Below are positions 9,945 through 23,443 of a stretch of 64,000 bases of DNA, piece after piece. The notes beneath the pieces are model-generated. The model had not been told where the DNA came from. It was given only the letters and a program-made list of their open reading frames with translations, and made no database searches. Origin of the DNA: Cyanophora paradoxa CCMP329 (Eukaryota; Plantae; Glaucophyta); NCBI GenBank assembly GCA_004431415.1, contig QPMI01000640.1:124001-188000 (forward strand), in the 5' to 3' direction. A program made the position numbers and the translations under genes. The first letter of the stretch is position 1. Every line of letters starts with the position of its first letter.

Positions 9945-12143
9945 ATGCGAGCCCGCGGCCGCCCGCGGCCGGTCGCGGCGTCGGTCGTGCTCGCGCTGCT
10001 CGCCGTTGCGATTCTGTGCGCGGGGCAGGAGCCGAGCGATTGGCGTACGTTACCCGCACCCTCGCCGAAGCCGCCGCCGCCGACTGCGCCGCGAACTGCC
10101 AGAGGTCCCGGAGTGCGAACCGCTCACAACGGACGTTCATGCCTTCTTCTACAGCTGGTATGGCAACCCGCAGGTGCGAGACACGCTCAGCGCCGACGGG
10201 TCGCCGGCGCGCGAGTCGCAGCTTTAAGCTGCGATTGCGATTTAGTCTATATTAGAAACGACTGCGATTACAAACGACTCGCGGGGGGCCCACGCCGCAA
10301 AAGCTTTTGCGGCGTGGGCCCGCCCTCCACCGTAGTCGCAGCTAGCTCCTGCGCATGCGTTGTCCGCAGCTAGCCTGCTCGTGTTACCGCTAACCGTGCA
10401 CGAAATAGCTAACCGTGCGACGCGCACAGGTCGACGGCAAGTGGATTCATTGGTGCGGGCCAGCGCTTCGATCGCTTCAGCTGCTTTCGCGCCATCAAGC
10501 TTGCCGCTGACAGGGACCACGAGTTTCTGAGGGAAGAGAAGACACGCGGCCGGCACGACCCGGACAGGGGCGACCTCGGTGCGCCCCGCAACGTTAACGC
10601 CGAGCTCACGCTTGAGCGCGGCAGCGTGACGCTGATTCGGGGCCGGGCGCAGCGAGCCCGTACTACCCCGCCCTCGGCGCGTACTCGAGCGCGGACCCGG
10701 CGACGGTGCGCGCGCAGCTGAAGCAGGTGCGCGGAGGCGGGCGCGCTCGTCTCGCCGGCGCGCGATTCCGGCGGCTGCAGGTGAAGTGCGCGGGGATCGG
10801 CACCATCTCCTACTCCTGGTGGTGCGACAACGACCCCGCCCAGAGCCGCCCCGCGCGACTCGCGGCGCGAGGCGGTGCGGGCAGGGGCCGGGGCAAGGCG
10901 GACGGGCAGGGCGGGTTCACGGACCGGATGCTCAACATGACTCTGGCCGTGGCCCACGAGGAGGGCGTCCTCGTCAACATCCACGTACCCCCCGCCCCGT
11001 CTTCCCCCCCCCTCCGCCTCACGCTTCCCGGGGCAGCTGGAGCCGTACGAGGGGCGGAGCACGGGGACGATCCGGGAGGACCTGGGGTACATCGCGGCGA
11101 ACTACGGCTGGAGCGCCGCGCTGCAGCGCGTCGAGGGCCGCCCTGTGCTCTACGTCTACGACAGCTACCACATCCCCTACGCCGACTGGCGCGAGGTCCT
11201 CCTCCCCGGGTGGCCGCCCCGCTCCGCCGCAGGCCCGGCGGCGCGGGGCTGATGCGGGGTGCGGGGGCAGGGGCGCGGGGAGCGTGCGGGGGACGGGGCT
11301 GGACGGCTTCTTCGTGGGGCTCGTCTGCGAGCCCGGGGACGACCGCGCCGTCCTCGAGGCCGGCTTCGACGCCGGCTACTCCTACTTCGCCACCGTCCGC
11401 CCCGCCCCGCCCCGGCCCGCACGCAGGCTCCCTGCCGCCTCACGGCCGGCGCCGGCGTGCGGCGCGCGCGCAGGAGGGCTTCACGTACGGCTCGACGGCG
11501 CGGCACTGGCCGCGCTTCGTGCGCGAGGCCGAGGAGCGCGGCCGCGCCTTCATCCCCTCCATCGGGCCCGGCTACGACGACCTCCAGGCCCGCCCGCCCC
11601 CGCCCCCGCCCCCGCCCGGGTGCGAGGGAGGGGGCGGGGGCAGATCCGGACGTGGAACGGGGTGAACCTGCGGGAGCGGGGCGCCAACGGCGAATACTAC
11701 GAGGCGATGTTCGAGCAGGCGATGCAGGCCCGGCCCCGCTTCCTCACCAGTGCGCCCCGCCCGCGCCCGCGCCCCGCCCCTGCCGCCCCGCGCCGCTCGG
11801 TCGGTGAGCCGGGGCGGGGCGGCAGTCACGTCGTTCAACGAGCAGGGGGAGGGGACGGCGATCGAGGCGGCGGTGCCGCGGAAGGCCGCGGGGCGGGGGT
11901 ACAAGGACTACGGGCCGCACGGGCCGGACTTTTACCTCCGCAAGACCCGCGCCCTCGTCGCCCGCTTCCTCGAGGCCCGCGCCAGCTGGTGCCGCGCCCC
12001 CCCTCCCCCCCCCTCCCCCCCCCCCCCCCCCACCCACCCACCCCACCCCCACCCCCTTCCCCCGCCCCGCCGGCTTCTGAGGGCCCACCCTGCGCAGGTA
12101 CCCCGCCCTGTACGGTGCAGGCCCCGGGGGCGACGAGCTGTAG
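9945..12143 (+). CDS. Glycoside hydrolase family 99 endo-alpha-1,2-mannosidase-like protein
   Basis: Signal-like VVLALLAVAILC; motifs VHAFFYSWYGNP, YYPALGAYSS, NIHLEPYEGR, YVYDSY, FDAGYSYFA, IPSIGPGYDD, TSFNEQGEGTAIE; spliced C-terminus ...GPGGDEL*. Confidence 0.88.
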
Positions 12144-12808
12144 ATATCGATCTGGCCTCGGCGAGCGCATGCATATGCGCAGGCCTAGGAGGGAAACGTG
12201 CAGGTGTATGGCCGGGGCGGGGGCCGCCCGCGGCCGCGCACCGCCGCGCGGCCGAGTCGCGATCGAGCACTGCCGCGCCGGCAAAGGCACGCCATGCATA
12301 TGCGCATGCGCACTCCGCGTGACGTCGACGCGCGCCGGCCGCGGCCGCGCGCCGAAGATATGCAGCGAAGATATACGCGCCGGGCATGCAGCGAAGATAT
12401 GCGTATCGGTCGGTGCGCTCTTGATGAGCTCACCGCGTGCGGAGGCCGCCGGGGATCCCATCGCTGCAGCGCTAGCGCTAGCGCGGATCCGGAGCCGACC
12501 CTCGCTGCCTGGGTAGAGGAACTTCCGGAACAACTTCCTGGGGCATTTCTTAGTTGCTTCCGGCAATCGATCGCCCGAATCAGAGACTTGTAGCCGACTA
12601 AGCCGGTGCGAGTCAGTGTCATGAGAGCGACAGCGGCGAACGAATAGCGCCGTCGGCAGCGTTCGCAAACCTCCGGCAGCGCGTCCATTCCGGCAGCATG
12701 CTGCTAGCGCTGTGAGCCGCCCGCCGTCGGCCGCGGACGTCGGCCGGACTGGATCGGACGAGTGTTTCGGGCCGCGGGAGTGCAGCGATCGATATCCGTC
12801 TCGCGCGC

Positions 12809-13348
12809 ATGGCGAACGTCGGGGAGCGAGTGCTGATAATGGTGCAGTCTCCGACGCCGGTGCCTGCGCATGCGGCCGGGGGCGGCGGCGAGCTCGAGCT
12901 CGAGGGGCTGCGCGCCTGCGCCGGCGCCGATGGCGGCGCGCCTGCGCCGGTTCCCGAGAGGGGCGCAGCGGAGCTCGACCTGGGGCCGCTGGACGGCCTG
13001 CGGGCCCTCAGCGCCCTCCTGATCGCCGCAGGGCACCTCTTCTCTGGCTGGCTCTACACCGGCGGCGGCCTCGACGGGCCCCAGGCCGCCATGCGCGTGT
13101 ACCCCCTTGACCTGAACCTCCCTGTATCCCTCTTCATCGTCCTCTCCGGCTTCACCCTGACCGCTGTGTACCCCAACGCGAAATCTTCCCCACGCGCCGC
13201 CCTCACCTTCTTTGCCCGGCGTCTCGTCCGCATCGTACCCCTCTACCAGTTCTCCCTGGTGCTGGTCGTACCCGTCACGATCCACTATAACGAGGGCTTC
13301 ACGCCTGGCCTCTTCAAGGTACGGCCTCGTGGCCTCTGGACCTCGAAG

Positions 13349-13382
<34 letters not shown>

Positions 13383-14925
13383 GCTCCCGCCCCCTCCACC
13401 CACCCTCCCCCCTCCAATCCCCCCTCCCCTTCCCTCACCCTTTCCCTTCCCTCCTTCCTTCCCCGCACCAGCACCCCCCCCCCCCTCCCCCCCTCCCCCA
13501 TCCCTCCCCCTCCCTCCCTCCCTCCCTCCCCCCCCCCCCACACACACACACCCTCCCTCCCCTTCGGCCGTGGTCGCCGCCCCTTCCCCCATCTCCAACC
13601 GCACCCGCTACCCCGTCCCCCACTCCTCCCTCGCACTCTCCAACCCCTTCGCGCCCACTGCACCTGCGCCCCGGCCCCGTGCGCCTGCCCTGACACGCCC
13701 CCGCAGATAATGGTTATCACGGCACTCGGCATGCAGTCGCTCGTCGCCGACTGTGCGCTGCTCTCAATGGCTCATTTACTCTTTCTCGCGGTCACAGCTG
13801 ACGGGGCGCCGCGCAGCCCAGTCGACCTTCAACGGGCCCCTCTGGACCGTCAGCGCCCTCCTCGTCTGCTACGCTCTGTACCCCTTCCTCCTTCGCGCCC
13901 TCCGCTCGCGGCCGGCCGCCGCCCTCGTCGCCCTCCTCGTGCTCCTCTCCGCGGCGACCTACCGTCTCGCCTGCGAGCACGTCGCCGAGAAGGGCGTCGC
14001 GGGGGTCGCCTTCCTCCACCTCTTCGTCGCCTACCGCGTTCCAGGGGTGCCCCAATTCGTCTCTTTTCCCCGCCCCCCGCCTCCATCCCCCCTCTTTTAA
14101 TTTCCCCAAACCTCCCCCTGCTGGCGCGCACCAACGTCGGCGGGGCGCAGTTCGTGTGCGGCATCTGCGGGGCGCTGCTGGCGAGGGGGCGGCGGCTGCC
14201 GAGGCCCTCCCTCGTCTCCGAGGCGTGCTCGGCCTCTGTCCTGGCTGTGCGCCCCCGCCGCTCGTCTCCGCTCGCCTCCCGATCCCAAGTGGCGGCTGGG
14301 CGCGCGGGGCGCCGGCGCAGAGCCTGGCCTACGTGATGGCCACCACGCGCGGCAACTTCCGAGCGTTCACGGAGCTCACGGGGTGCGCATGTGCATCTGC
14401 CGCCTCTGCCCCCGCGCCCCGCCGCGCCCCCGCCGCGTCCTCGCTGACGGCGGCGGCGGCACCGGCGCAGCACGCTCGAGTTCGCGCTCGTGCCCCTGCA
14501 CTGCTGCTGGCTCTGGGCCCTCGCCTCCCCGGGCTGCCGCGGCCCGACCCGCTGGGCCCTCGGCTCCCGCCCGCTCCGCCGCCTCGGCGCCGCCTCCTAC
14601 GCGCTCTACTGCCTGCACATGCCGGCCACCTTCCTGATGGCGTGGGCGCTGGGCGGGGGCCCCGCCGCCGTCCCCCTCCGCTACGTCGGGGACCACCACG
14701 GTGCCGTGCCCCAGCGCACCCCCGCACCCTCCCCCAGCTCTAGGTCTAGACCTCCTCGAGCTGATGTACCCGCGTATCGCGATCGGTCCAGGCTGGTTCT
14801 TCTTCCCACTCTGGAGCCTGCCCCTGCTCCTCGCCGCATTCGTGGCCATCGCGCTCGCGGGCCAGAGGTTCGTTGAGATCCCGTGCCGCCACTGGGCGCT
14901 CTCTCGATTCGCTTGGATGAAGTAG
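12809..14925 (+). CDS. Acyltransferase family 3 (OafA/YrhL-like) multi-pass membrane protein
   Basis: LDGLRALSALLIAAGH, VSLFIVLSGF, RRLVRIVPLY, NGPLWTVS, LGAASYALYCLH, RFVEIP. Confidence 0.82.
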
Positions 14926-15124
14926 TGGGCTTGGATTCGCTTGGATTTCGACAATGCTAGTATTTGGGATTGCAGTTGTAAGTAACAACATGCAGAAGAA
15001 AGCAAGATTGAGACGAAAACCTACTAGGCTATAGCTATATAGCTAGTGCTAGTACGCGGCTGCAGCTGCAATATTTAATCGCCGAGTTCGGCGGAGACGA
15101 TAAAGGGCGCATGCGCAGATCTAG

Positions 15125-18100
15125 CTACAGATCTAAAGCCGCGAGGGCCTGCCGCAGGGTCCCCACGATCTCTGCCGTCGAGGGCCGCCCGGAGGGCTCC
15201 TCGGCCCAGCAGCGCGCGAGGAGCCCCGCGAGGGCGGCCGGCAGGTCGGGGGGGATGGGCGGCCGCTCGCCCCCCTCCAGCACCCGCGCCGTGATCTGCC
15301 GTCCCCGCGCCCAGTATTAGTTATATATATATCTTTAATTCGCTCGGCGCCGGCCTAGCACTAATTCGAGTCCGGAAGCTGAAGGATAGGCCTAGGGTGG
15401 CGGAGGCGTATACGTAGATCGATATCCAGCTACAAAAAAAGCAAGATTGTAGAGAAGAGCGGGGTGCATATGGGCAGGGCAGCGGGGGCGTACGTGCTCG
15501 GGGCGGAGCCAGGCCTCGACGGGGCGGCGGGCGAGGAGCTCCCAGAGGACGACCCCGAGGCCGTACACGTCGCTCCGCTCGTCGTACCCCCGCATCCGCT
15601 CCACCTCCGGCGCCCGGTACTGCCCCCCCGGCCCCCGCGACGGTGAGCCGGCACTCCATCGCAGACCTAGATCCAGACGAAATTGAAAAAAGTCAAACAA
15701 AAGCGGCGCACGTGGCGGTCGCCGACGGGGTTCCTCGGATGGCGCCCGCTCCGCTCCCTCCGGTGGGAGGCGCTGAAGTCTGAACGAAAGGGAACCCCAT
15801 GCAAAATTAAAGGAAATTCAATCGAGACGGATTTCAGAAGCTCAAACCACCAATCTTGACATTTAAGAGGTCGTCCTGCTCTCCATCGCGCAATTCAGCT
15901 TAGTCCATTAGACAAACTTCGGATTTATGCATCACAAATTTCATCCGACGTACCACAAAGATATTCTCAGACTGCGAATTCGCGCGGAGGGACATAAAGC
16001 TTAAGATCCGTCCTCTTGATGCTGGGCCCGGGATACGTATACGCATACGAATTCGCACCTTGAAGTCTTTGTGTATCACAGGTGGCTGTCTGCTTTGCAG
16101 ATAGTGCAGGCCTGCTCACGCAAAGAAATAAAAACATATTTGCATACATATAACACGCGTAGTACGAGCTATACATATTTGCACCAAATAAAAACTTCAT
16201 CAAGGCTTGCAAAACAATTGCACCTTCGGCGATCTGAAGGGCCATAAGCATAATCTGTTTTTGATCCAGCTCGCCAATCAATGAGCTGTTCTGCATCGTT
16301 AACATCACATATCAATATTGTTCATGACAGGCACAAATTCGAATGGAACGGAGGTGCACATGTAGTTCACGCGCGTGCTCACCCGTATGATTTGCTTCAA
16401 GTTCCCTCGCCCCATATACTCCATGACTGCATCGATATCGCGCACCGCAATTCATTGAGTCAGTCTTCTGCGCACTCTGCTACGAGCGGGCAGATGTGGG
16501 GCCCTTCGGGTTCACCGAGAATGGGGCTGGGGGGTCTCAACGAAGCCCCGACGAGAGCGACGACCCGCGGAGACTGCAGGGACCTGCAGCAAATATTTCA
16601 GTACTATTCATTGAATCTCAAAATATGAATTGAAGCTTTTAGAGACATATATGTGTATGTTCAATTGCTCATGAATATATGGTGCGTGCACACGTACACG
16701 TACCAGTGGATATCCGCTTCGCTTCGCAATCTACGTTTCTCTGCGTCTACGTACTCGTCGACGCGGGTCACCCTCTTGACCGCAACGACCTTCCCTGATC
16801 ATGAGAATTGCACGCACAGAGTCGATTTGTGATCGACGAAGAAAACCCAAAGGCAGATATCGATTGCGCCAATTTTGCAAGGCGGACCGTTGTAAATTCC
16901 CCGAAAAATCTCGACTCGTGTGTCCAAATCTGCATACCCGCCGGAGTTTGGCACGATGCGCTCACCTAGAGCCAGCTGTGACCTCGAGTCAGGATGCAGC
17001 CAGGACACCCGGGACAGAGTTTCGGATAAATACGTATATATACGCGGAGCACATGGGAGCGAGTGTACCTTGCGGGCATCAATATTCCACGGTAGTTCAG
17101 TTTCGAACTCGCCCCACTCAAGATGAACGCCGAAATTTGTATGGCCGGCGTCATCACCAAATTTCCAGTCATCCCTCGAGCACGTTTCCAGAAGACTCAT
17201 TTTCTGTACACACGAATTAAAATGATGCGTGCGATATTAATTCGTTCGTTCTTTAATTTCGCGGCATTGAAGCGAATTCGAAGCGAACACGTGCGCGGAC
17301 CGTTGGCAGGGCGATCCCCGTGGCTCGCACCTCGCGCACTTTCTCTGCCTCTCGAGATAAAACCTGCGCTTCTCGAGATCAAGCTCGCGAACACTCGATC
17401 GCAGATTCGATTTCAGTACGCACGAGCATCGAGCTGTACGCCGTGCGAATGCGTTCAAACTCTGGATCGTTTGTAGACCTTGAATCCAAATTCGAAAGAT
17501 CTGATCATCAATTTTATGTGCATATGCATGTCACAGAACATGAGGTAGCCTGAACCTATATAATTAGCTATAGGACGCCGGTAAGGAGAGATCTGGATTT
17601 CGAAGTATACTGGTGAAGCCAGCTATTTTAAATTGAAGTGCGCCCGAATATTTTGCTGCGATATTACTCATGATCAGCGCGAACGGGGGCGCCGCACCTT
17701 GTCCGAGGCAGGTCAATGCGTCAGCGAAAGCCGCCCTGGCCTCGCAGAGCAGCAGGGGAAGCACGGCGGCCTTCTGCCTCGACCACGCGCATGCGAACGA
17801 TCGGGTCAGTCGACGTCGGCATCATCTCGAGCTGCCAAGCGAGGAACGGGGCATGGAAAATGCGTCTCGCAGTCGCCGAGCTGGCTCGCCTGGCGGACGA
17901 TGAGCTCCCAGTCGGAGGAGCTCTCGTCGGGGCCCGCGGAGAGCGCCGCCCCCTCCTCCAGCGCCCCGCCCCCGTCCGCGCGCCTGCCCCCGCCCCGCCC
18001 CCGCGTGCCTGAGCCGCTGACTCCGTCTCCAGAAGCAAACGCACGAGAGGACAACTCGCAGGGCCTCTTCGATTCAAGGAGCCAGCCTCAGCGCGTCCGC

Positions 18101-19220
18101 ACGCGTCGAGCCACGCGCACTGGCGCCCCCAGGCCTGCGAGCGAATTTAATCTCCAACGTCATAATTATATAAATTAAACGACTCGGCGATATATCGATT
18201 TCATGATTGAGGTGCTGCTAGACATGAACGCCATTGCGGATCTCTGGACGCACCAACAAGCGCTGGCCATGGCCGGATCGCGATGCGGGCTCGCCAACGT
18301 CAACGCTCGCAGCTTTTCAGCGAGCAGGTCGGCGAGAGAGGAGAGGAGGAGGGTGGACTCTTGGACGACCGCAGCAGCAGCTGCAGACGCCTCCTCGAGC
18401 TCCTCGTGCTGGCCTGCCGCTGCAGCGCGCAACCGGGCCCACCGAGCAGGCAGCGCCGCGACGGAGGTCGCCAGCTCGTCCAGAGCCTGCAGCTGCCGCA
18501 CCGTGGCCGTGGGGCTCCCCAGGCCTGCAGCTGTGCGCGCCACGCCCGAATAAATTAGAGACCGCGAGCGCAGCTACAGGAAAGGTCGCACACGCGTACA
18601 GACCGGGTAGGGGATGCGCATGCGCATGCGCAGCTGCGGCGTCGATTGTGCGGAGCGCCACGGCGAGGGTCTTCGACGCCGCCACGAAGCCGAGGCGATG
18701 GTCTTCCAGTCGCGCCGACAGGCAGCGGAGGGCATGCGCAGCTGCTGCATGCGCATCGATTGCTCCAACGGCCTCTAGATCTCGCGCGTGAAGCATGCGC
18801 TCTAGCTCTGCGCATGCATATGCGCAGAAAGGAGCGTACGCGTACACGTGAGCTTGTAATTGCGCGCTGCCGCTGCCAAATTAAAGCCGGCCCGGAGCAC
18901 GAGCATGAGATCTAGACAGGAAAGATATGCACGTGCTCACTTCGAACGTACAAATCGTCCGGAGGTCCGAGCAGGCTGGCACGCGTTAACGTTGCCCGCC
19001 GGAGCCACCAGCAGATCGAGACGAGCTCTTGATCGAAGTCACGACCAGCGTACGCGTCCGCGTGGGGCGGGAAGCTGACGCTAGCGATCGGCCGCGGCTG
19101 CCAAAGCGCCCCTATGACAAGTACTAGGCGTGGAGTCGATGGCCAGCCGCAGACCGCCCAGATGGCGATGGCGACGATGGCGCAGCTCGCAGACGCGATC
19201 CAGAAGCCGTCGAGGCGCAT
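15125..19220 (-). CDS. Protein kinase (TKL-like C-terminal domain) with a long uncharacterised N-terminus; 5' extent uncertain
   Basis: Exons on the minus strand: VMEYMGEGNL, ALQIAEG-LHYLQSRQPPVIHKDFK, VKIG-DFS, QYRAPE..YDERSDVYGLGVVLWELL, GERPPIPPDLPAALAGLLARCWAEEPSGRPS. Start tentatively at the hydrophobic MRLDGFWIASASCAIVAIAIW. Confidence 0.65.
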
Positions 19221-20231
19221 GGGTCGCCCGCGCGCTGCTGCTGCATGCATATGTGCGCAGCTGCCGCGCCGCGGCTGCGCGCGCGCGGGCCGGGGCCGGC
19301 CGGCGCGCCGCGGGGGCCGGCCGCGGGCAATTGCAAATTGAAGGCCTATAGCTGCAGCTGGGGCGCGCCCCGCGCGCGGCGCCGGCGCCGGCCGGGCGCG
19401 CGTCGGGCTAGCGCTACGCCGAGGCCTAGATCTCGCTGTGGGGCGGCCTTGCAATTGCAAGCCGATCGGATCGCCGCCGCTACGGCTGCATGCGCAGCTG
19501 TCGCGATCGCGCGCGCTTCAGATGGGCCCAGCTGGCCAGTCCGCGCGCGCGCGCGCAGGGCCGTGGCCTTGAATGTTATCGTTGCGCATGCCGGCCCGCG
19601 ACAAAGCGGCTGCTTCTGCGCCGTGGCCCTTGATAAGTCGACATGCGGCGCGCACCGCGCGCGCCGGGGCGCCGCGCATTCGCCGGCGCATGCGCACCGC
19701 GGCAACAGCACTAATGCTGGCGCGGCGCGCGCCCAGTCCGAACGCCCGCGCAAGTAACTGCCCGCGCGCGCGCGCGCGAAGTAACTGCCCGTGCCGCCCT
19801 CGGAAGTTCCTCTACCCAGGCGCGCCAGCTCAAGCCGGCTTGGAGCTTCTGCAGCTGTAGTTTTCCGGCTCGCCAGCTCCTCCCCTCCCCCCGCCCCCCC
19901 CAATAAAAAAAAAGCTCCCCGCCTAGCGCTAGCTCAATATTATTTATATAATTAAATAAATATAATTGCAAGCTCTGCACGTCTCGCGCGGGCTGCGGGC
20001 GCGCAGGCTGCAACGAGGGGGTCGGGGTCGACGTCGGCCCCGGGCTGCGCTGCGCTCCGCTGCGCTGTGCTCGAGCCCGCCTTCACCGAACTCGCCGCAC
20101 CCCTCCACGCCGCATTCCCCACTGTCCCCCCACTGGAGCCGGCCCTCGTGTTTCTCGCGGCCGCCCGAGCCGGCCCAGCCTCTCTTCCAAGTCAAAACAC
20201 GGTGGCGGGGCGCCGTGGGGCCGGCGAGGCG

Positions 20232-21913
20232 CTAGCGGAGGCAGTGCTGGAGGGCCGTCTGGGGGAAGGGGCCCGAGGAGCCCGAGAGGCGGCGGCCCAG
20301 CCCCAGGCCCCCCGGCGCCCCGTGCGACGAGTCCCGCGCCAGCGCGCTCGCCTGCGCGTGAGGTTCGATCCGCACATCGGAAGCGGAGGGGAGGGGCGGG
20401 GGGCGCTTCGCTGGCTCGCTTGCCTGGCGCTGGGCCGAGCCGACGGAGTTGAAGATGGAGGGGGCGGCCGCCCCGTACGATTGCGCCGAGAAGCGCCGCG
20501 GGGAGAGCAGCGGCGGGCCCATGCCCCCCGCGTCGTAGCTGCGGCGGGGGGCGTCAGGGTCGCGAGGAACAGGGCCTGCCTCCGCCGCGCTCGCCTGTGG
20601 TGGATTGGGGAGGAGAAGAGGCCGGGGCCGGACCCCGAGGGGCCCGGCGAGGTGCCCGGGGGCGGGTTCAGGGGTACGGAGTTGAGGAGCCGCCCGAGGA
20701 CGGGGTCGGGTGCCGCGAGGCGGCGGTCGGGGTACGACGACGGGACGGGGGGGGCGGGGGCGGGGGCGGGGCGGGGGGGGGAGGAGGGGCCGGCCCTTGG
20801 GGGGTCCGGGAGGGGCCGGGAGGGGCCCGACGGAGTACGGGGCGGACGGGGGCGCGGGCGCGGGGGCCGGGCGGGTAAGGGGCGCCTCGGGGGGGCGCGT
20901 GGCGTGCTGGAGATGCGGGGAGGAGGGGCTGATGAACCCCAGGCTGGTGCGCGCCAGCTGCTGCACGCGGCTGTCCCAAGACGAGCCCACCAGCTGTGAC
21001 AGCGGCTCCTGCGCGCCCCTCGCCTCGCGAGGCGGCGGGGGGGGGGGGGGGGGGGGGGGGGCGCGGGGAGGGGGGCGGCGCACCGCCGCGCCCTGCGAGC
21101 GCGCCAGCTGAATGTTCTCTGTGCGACGCGACGTGAAAAGGAGGGGCGGGAGGGGGTAGTGGGAATGGAAGGGGGTACCCGAGCTGCCCTCGCACGCCAG
21201 GCACAGAAGCGCCAGCGCCTGGATGGCGACGCCGGTGTCGGTCTGGCCCCGCTCTCAGCCCGGGAAAAAATGGAAGGGGGGTAGGCGGGGCACAGTGGGG
21301 GTGGCGGCGATGTTGGCGAGGGCAGCGAGGAAGCCGTACTGAGCCATCGAGGCGCGAAGGCCTGCGGGGATGAGGGGCGGAGGCGAGGCTCAGCGAGAAG
21401 AGGACGAGCTCGCGGGAGGCAGGGGGGGGGGCGGGGGGGGGGCGCGCACCCCTGCGGCGGGCGTCGTCGGCGCGATCGTACATGTGCCCGAGGAGCGTGA
21501 TCGCCTCGGCCGAGGCCTCCGCGAACGCCCCCGACACGATCTGCCGCCCCCGAGGAGACGCCGTGAGCGAGCGCCCCTCCCGGCTCCTCGCGCGCAGCAG
21601 CCGGCGGCTTCTTCGGGGGTACGCCGACGCACGCGGGCGAGCATGCCGGACTGGTATTTGTACGAGGCGCAGACGACGCCGCAGGCCACAGCGTCGGCGC
21701 CCTCCTCGATGCACGTCTGCGCGGCGCCCCGCCGGCTCGGTCGGGGGGGCGGGGGTGCAGGGCAAGGGCGGGAGGGAGGGGGCGTGGAGCGGGAGAGACG
21801 TACGGGGAGGATGGTGGCGGGGGAGAGGCCGACGAGGGTGTAGAGGATGCGGAACGCGGTCGCCATCGCTGCCGTCGCCCCGCCCGGGCGTCGGCCCCCG
21901 GGCGGGCGCGCGG

Positions 21914-21945
<32 letters not shown>

Positions 21946-22911
21946 CGGGCGGGTGGCTCACCGCGGGCGTTGTCGAGGCTGGCGCACATTACGTCGACCA
22001 GCGCGCGCACCGAGCCGGCGAAGAGCGTCCCGCTCCCTGCCCGAGCTCAGCATTCCATGAGGGCGCGGGGCCCCCGCGCGGGGCGCACCGAAGGCGGCGA
22101 CGGCCGCAAGAACGCGCATCCCGTGCTCCACGAGCTCGTGGTGGTCCGTCCGCGCCTTCAGCAGCCGCAGCACCGAGTGCGCTGCGCCGCGTGAGGAAAG
22201 AATCTGCTCCGCCGTGCGGTCGGGCGCAGTGGGAAGCGACGCGTGGCGCACCGGCGCCGATGGTTGCAAAGGCGCAGACGCTTTCGGCGCCGGCGGCACA
22301 CATCGATTCGATGGCGTTAAAGCAGGCGATGAGCGCCGGAGGCCGCAGCACGTCGCTGCTGTCCAGCACGGCCAGCAGCCGCTTGCACCCGTCGTGGTGC
22401 AAAAGCTCCAGCACCGCATCTGCTTGTGTCGTTTCGAGGTCTCAGCGCGCGCCTGCGGGGCGGCGCGGCCGCGGGTCAGGGAAAGCACCTCTGGGAGCAG
22501 GGCCGTGCTTCGTCTTCCAGATGATGGCGCGGCATGCGATCTCGATCTGCATACAGCGTAAACTTGCGTCGCCGTCGCCGCTGAAGCGCTTAGGCGCCAC
22601 CTGCTCGTTGTCGTGCGGGTGGTTCTTGATCGAAGTGAGCACCTGCTCGACCGTGGCGTGGTTCCAAGCTGCGAGTTGCGGTCAAAATGAGGGTTCAAGT
22701 TACGAAGAGATAGAGAGATGCGCCCACCGGCTTGTCCCGGAAGCGCCCTCTTCAGCAAGCCGCCGCCTCCACCCTTGTCTTCGTCGTCGCTCGGGCGGCA
22801 GCATAGGTCCAAACCAAAGCTTGCTATGGCATCTTTCATGCGCTCCAAGAAGAATCGGGCGAGCAGCTGCCCGGCCGAAATCCGATCCGGCGCGCGGAAG
22901 CTGCCGTCCAT
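20232..22911 (-). CDS. Hypothetical alpha-helical (ARM-like) repeat protein with a low-complexity C-terminus
   Basis: Spliceable exons: IEIACRAIIW, DGCKRLLAVL, GAAHSVLRLLKARTDHHELVEHGMRVLAAVA, AMATAFRILYTLV. Both ends approximate. Confidence 0.5.
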
Positions 22912-23037
22912 GGCGGCCCCTGCGGCGCCGCTGGTGCGGCCAAGCTCCAAAAGTCACCAGCTCCGGCGGCCGAGTCGCCCCCGGTCGGAGCTTCGGTCGG
23001 AGCGCTCTAATCGGAGTACCCCTGCATTGGATCATGC

Positions 23038-23443
23038 TAGGGACTATCCTTGCAAGGAACCACCTTGCGTTTAAGGTGCGTTTTTGGCCGTTTAAGGTGA
23101 CCTTGCCAAGGTCGGAAGGTGATCAAGGTGAGGGCAAGGTCCGCCCATACAAAATTTTTGTATGGGAGCGCTACGGCGGCCTACATCTGACCCCCCCATC
23201 GGACGCTGGATTGGTGGAAACGTGCTTAATTTCAGCCACATTTGGCTAAGATCAACTCGATCTGAGACATAGATCAAGTGAAAGATGCACGGTTCAATGT
23301 TGGATCTAGTAAATTGTGAGCCCGCCGCACGATTTGTATGGTGAAAACTTTGTATGGCGGGACCTTAAGGGAACCTTGCCAAGGTGGCGAGGCGTTCAAG
23401 GTCACCTTGTCAAGGTGGCGAGGGGTACCAAGGATAGTCCCTA
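23038..23443. mobile_element. Non-autonomous hAT-type DNA transposon (MITE), 406 bp
   Basis: Perfect 15-bp TIRs TAGGGACTATCCTTG / CAAGGATAGTCCCTA, a perfect 8-bp TSD GATCATGC (23030-23037 and 23444-23451), and many subterminal CAAGGT/ACCTTG motifs. Confidence 0.9.

Noticed and set aside
13325-13700. Long Pro-rich/Gly-rich ORFs in poly-C tracts (also ~7380-7500, 20192-21961, 48105-49636)
   Set aside because: These are low-complexity introns and GC-rich shadow frames lacking stop codons, not credible proteins.
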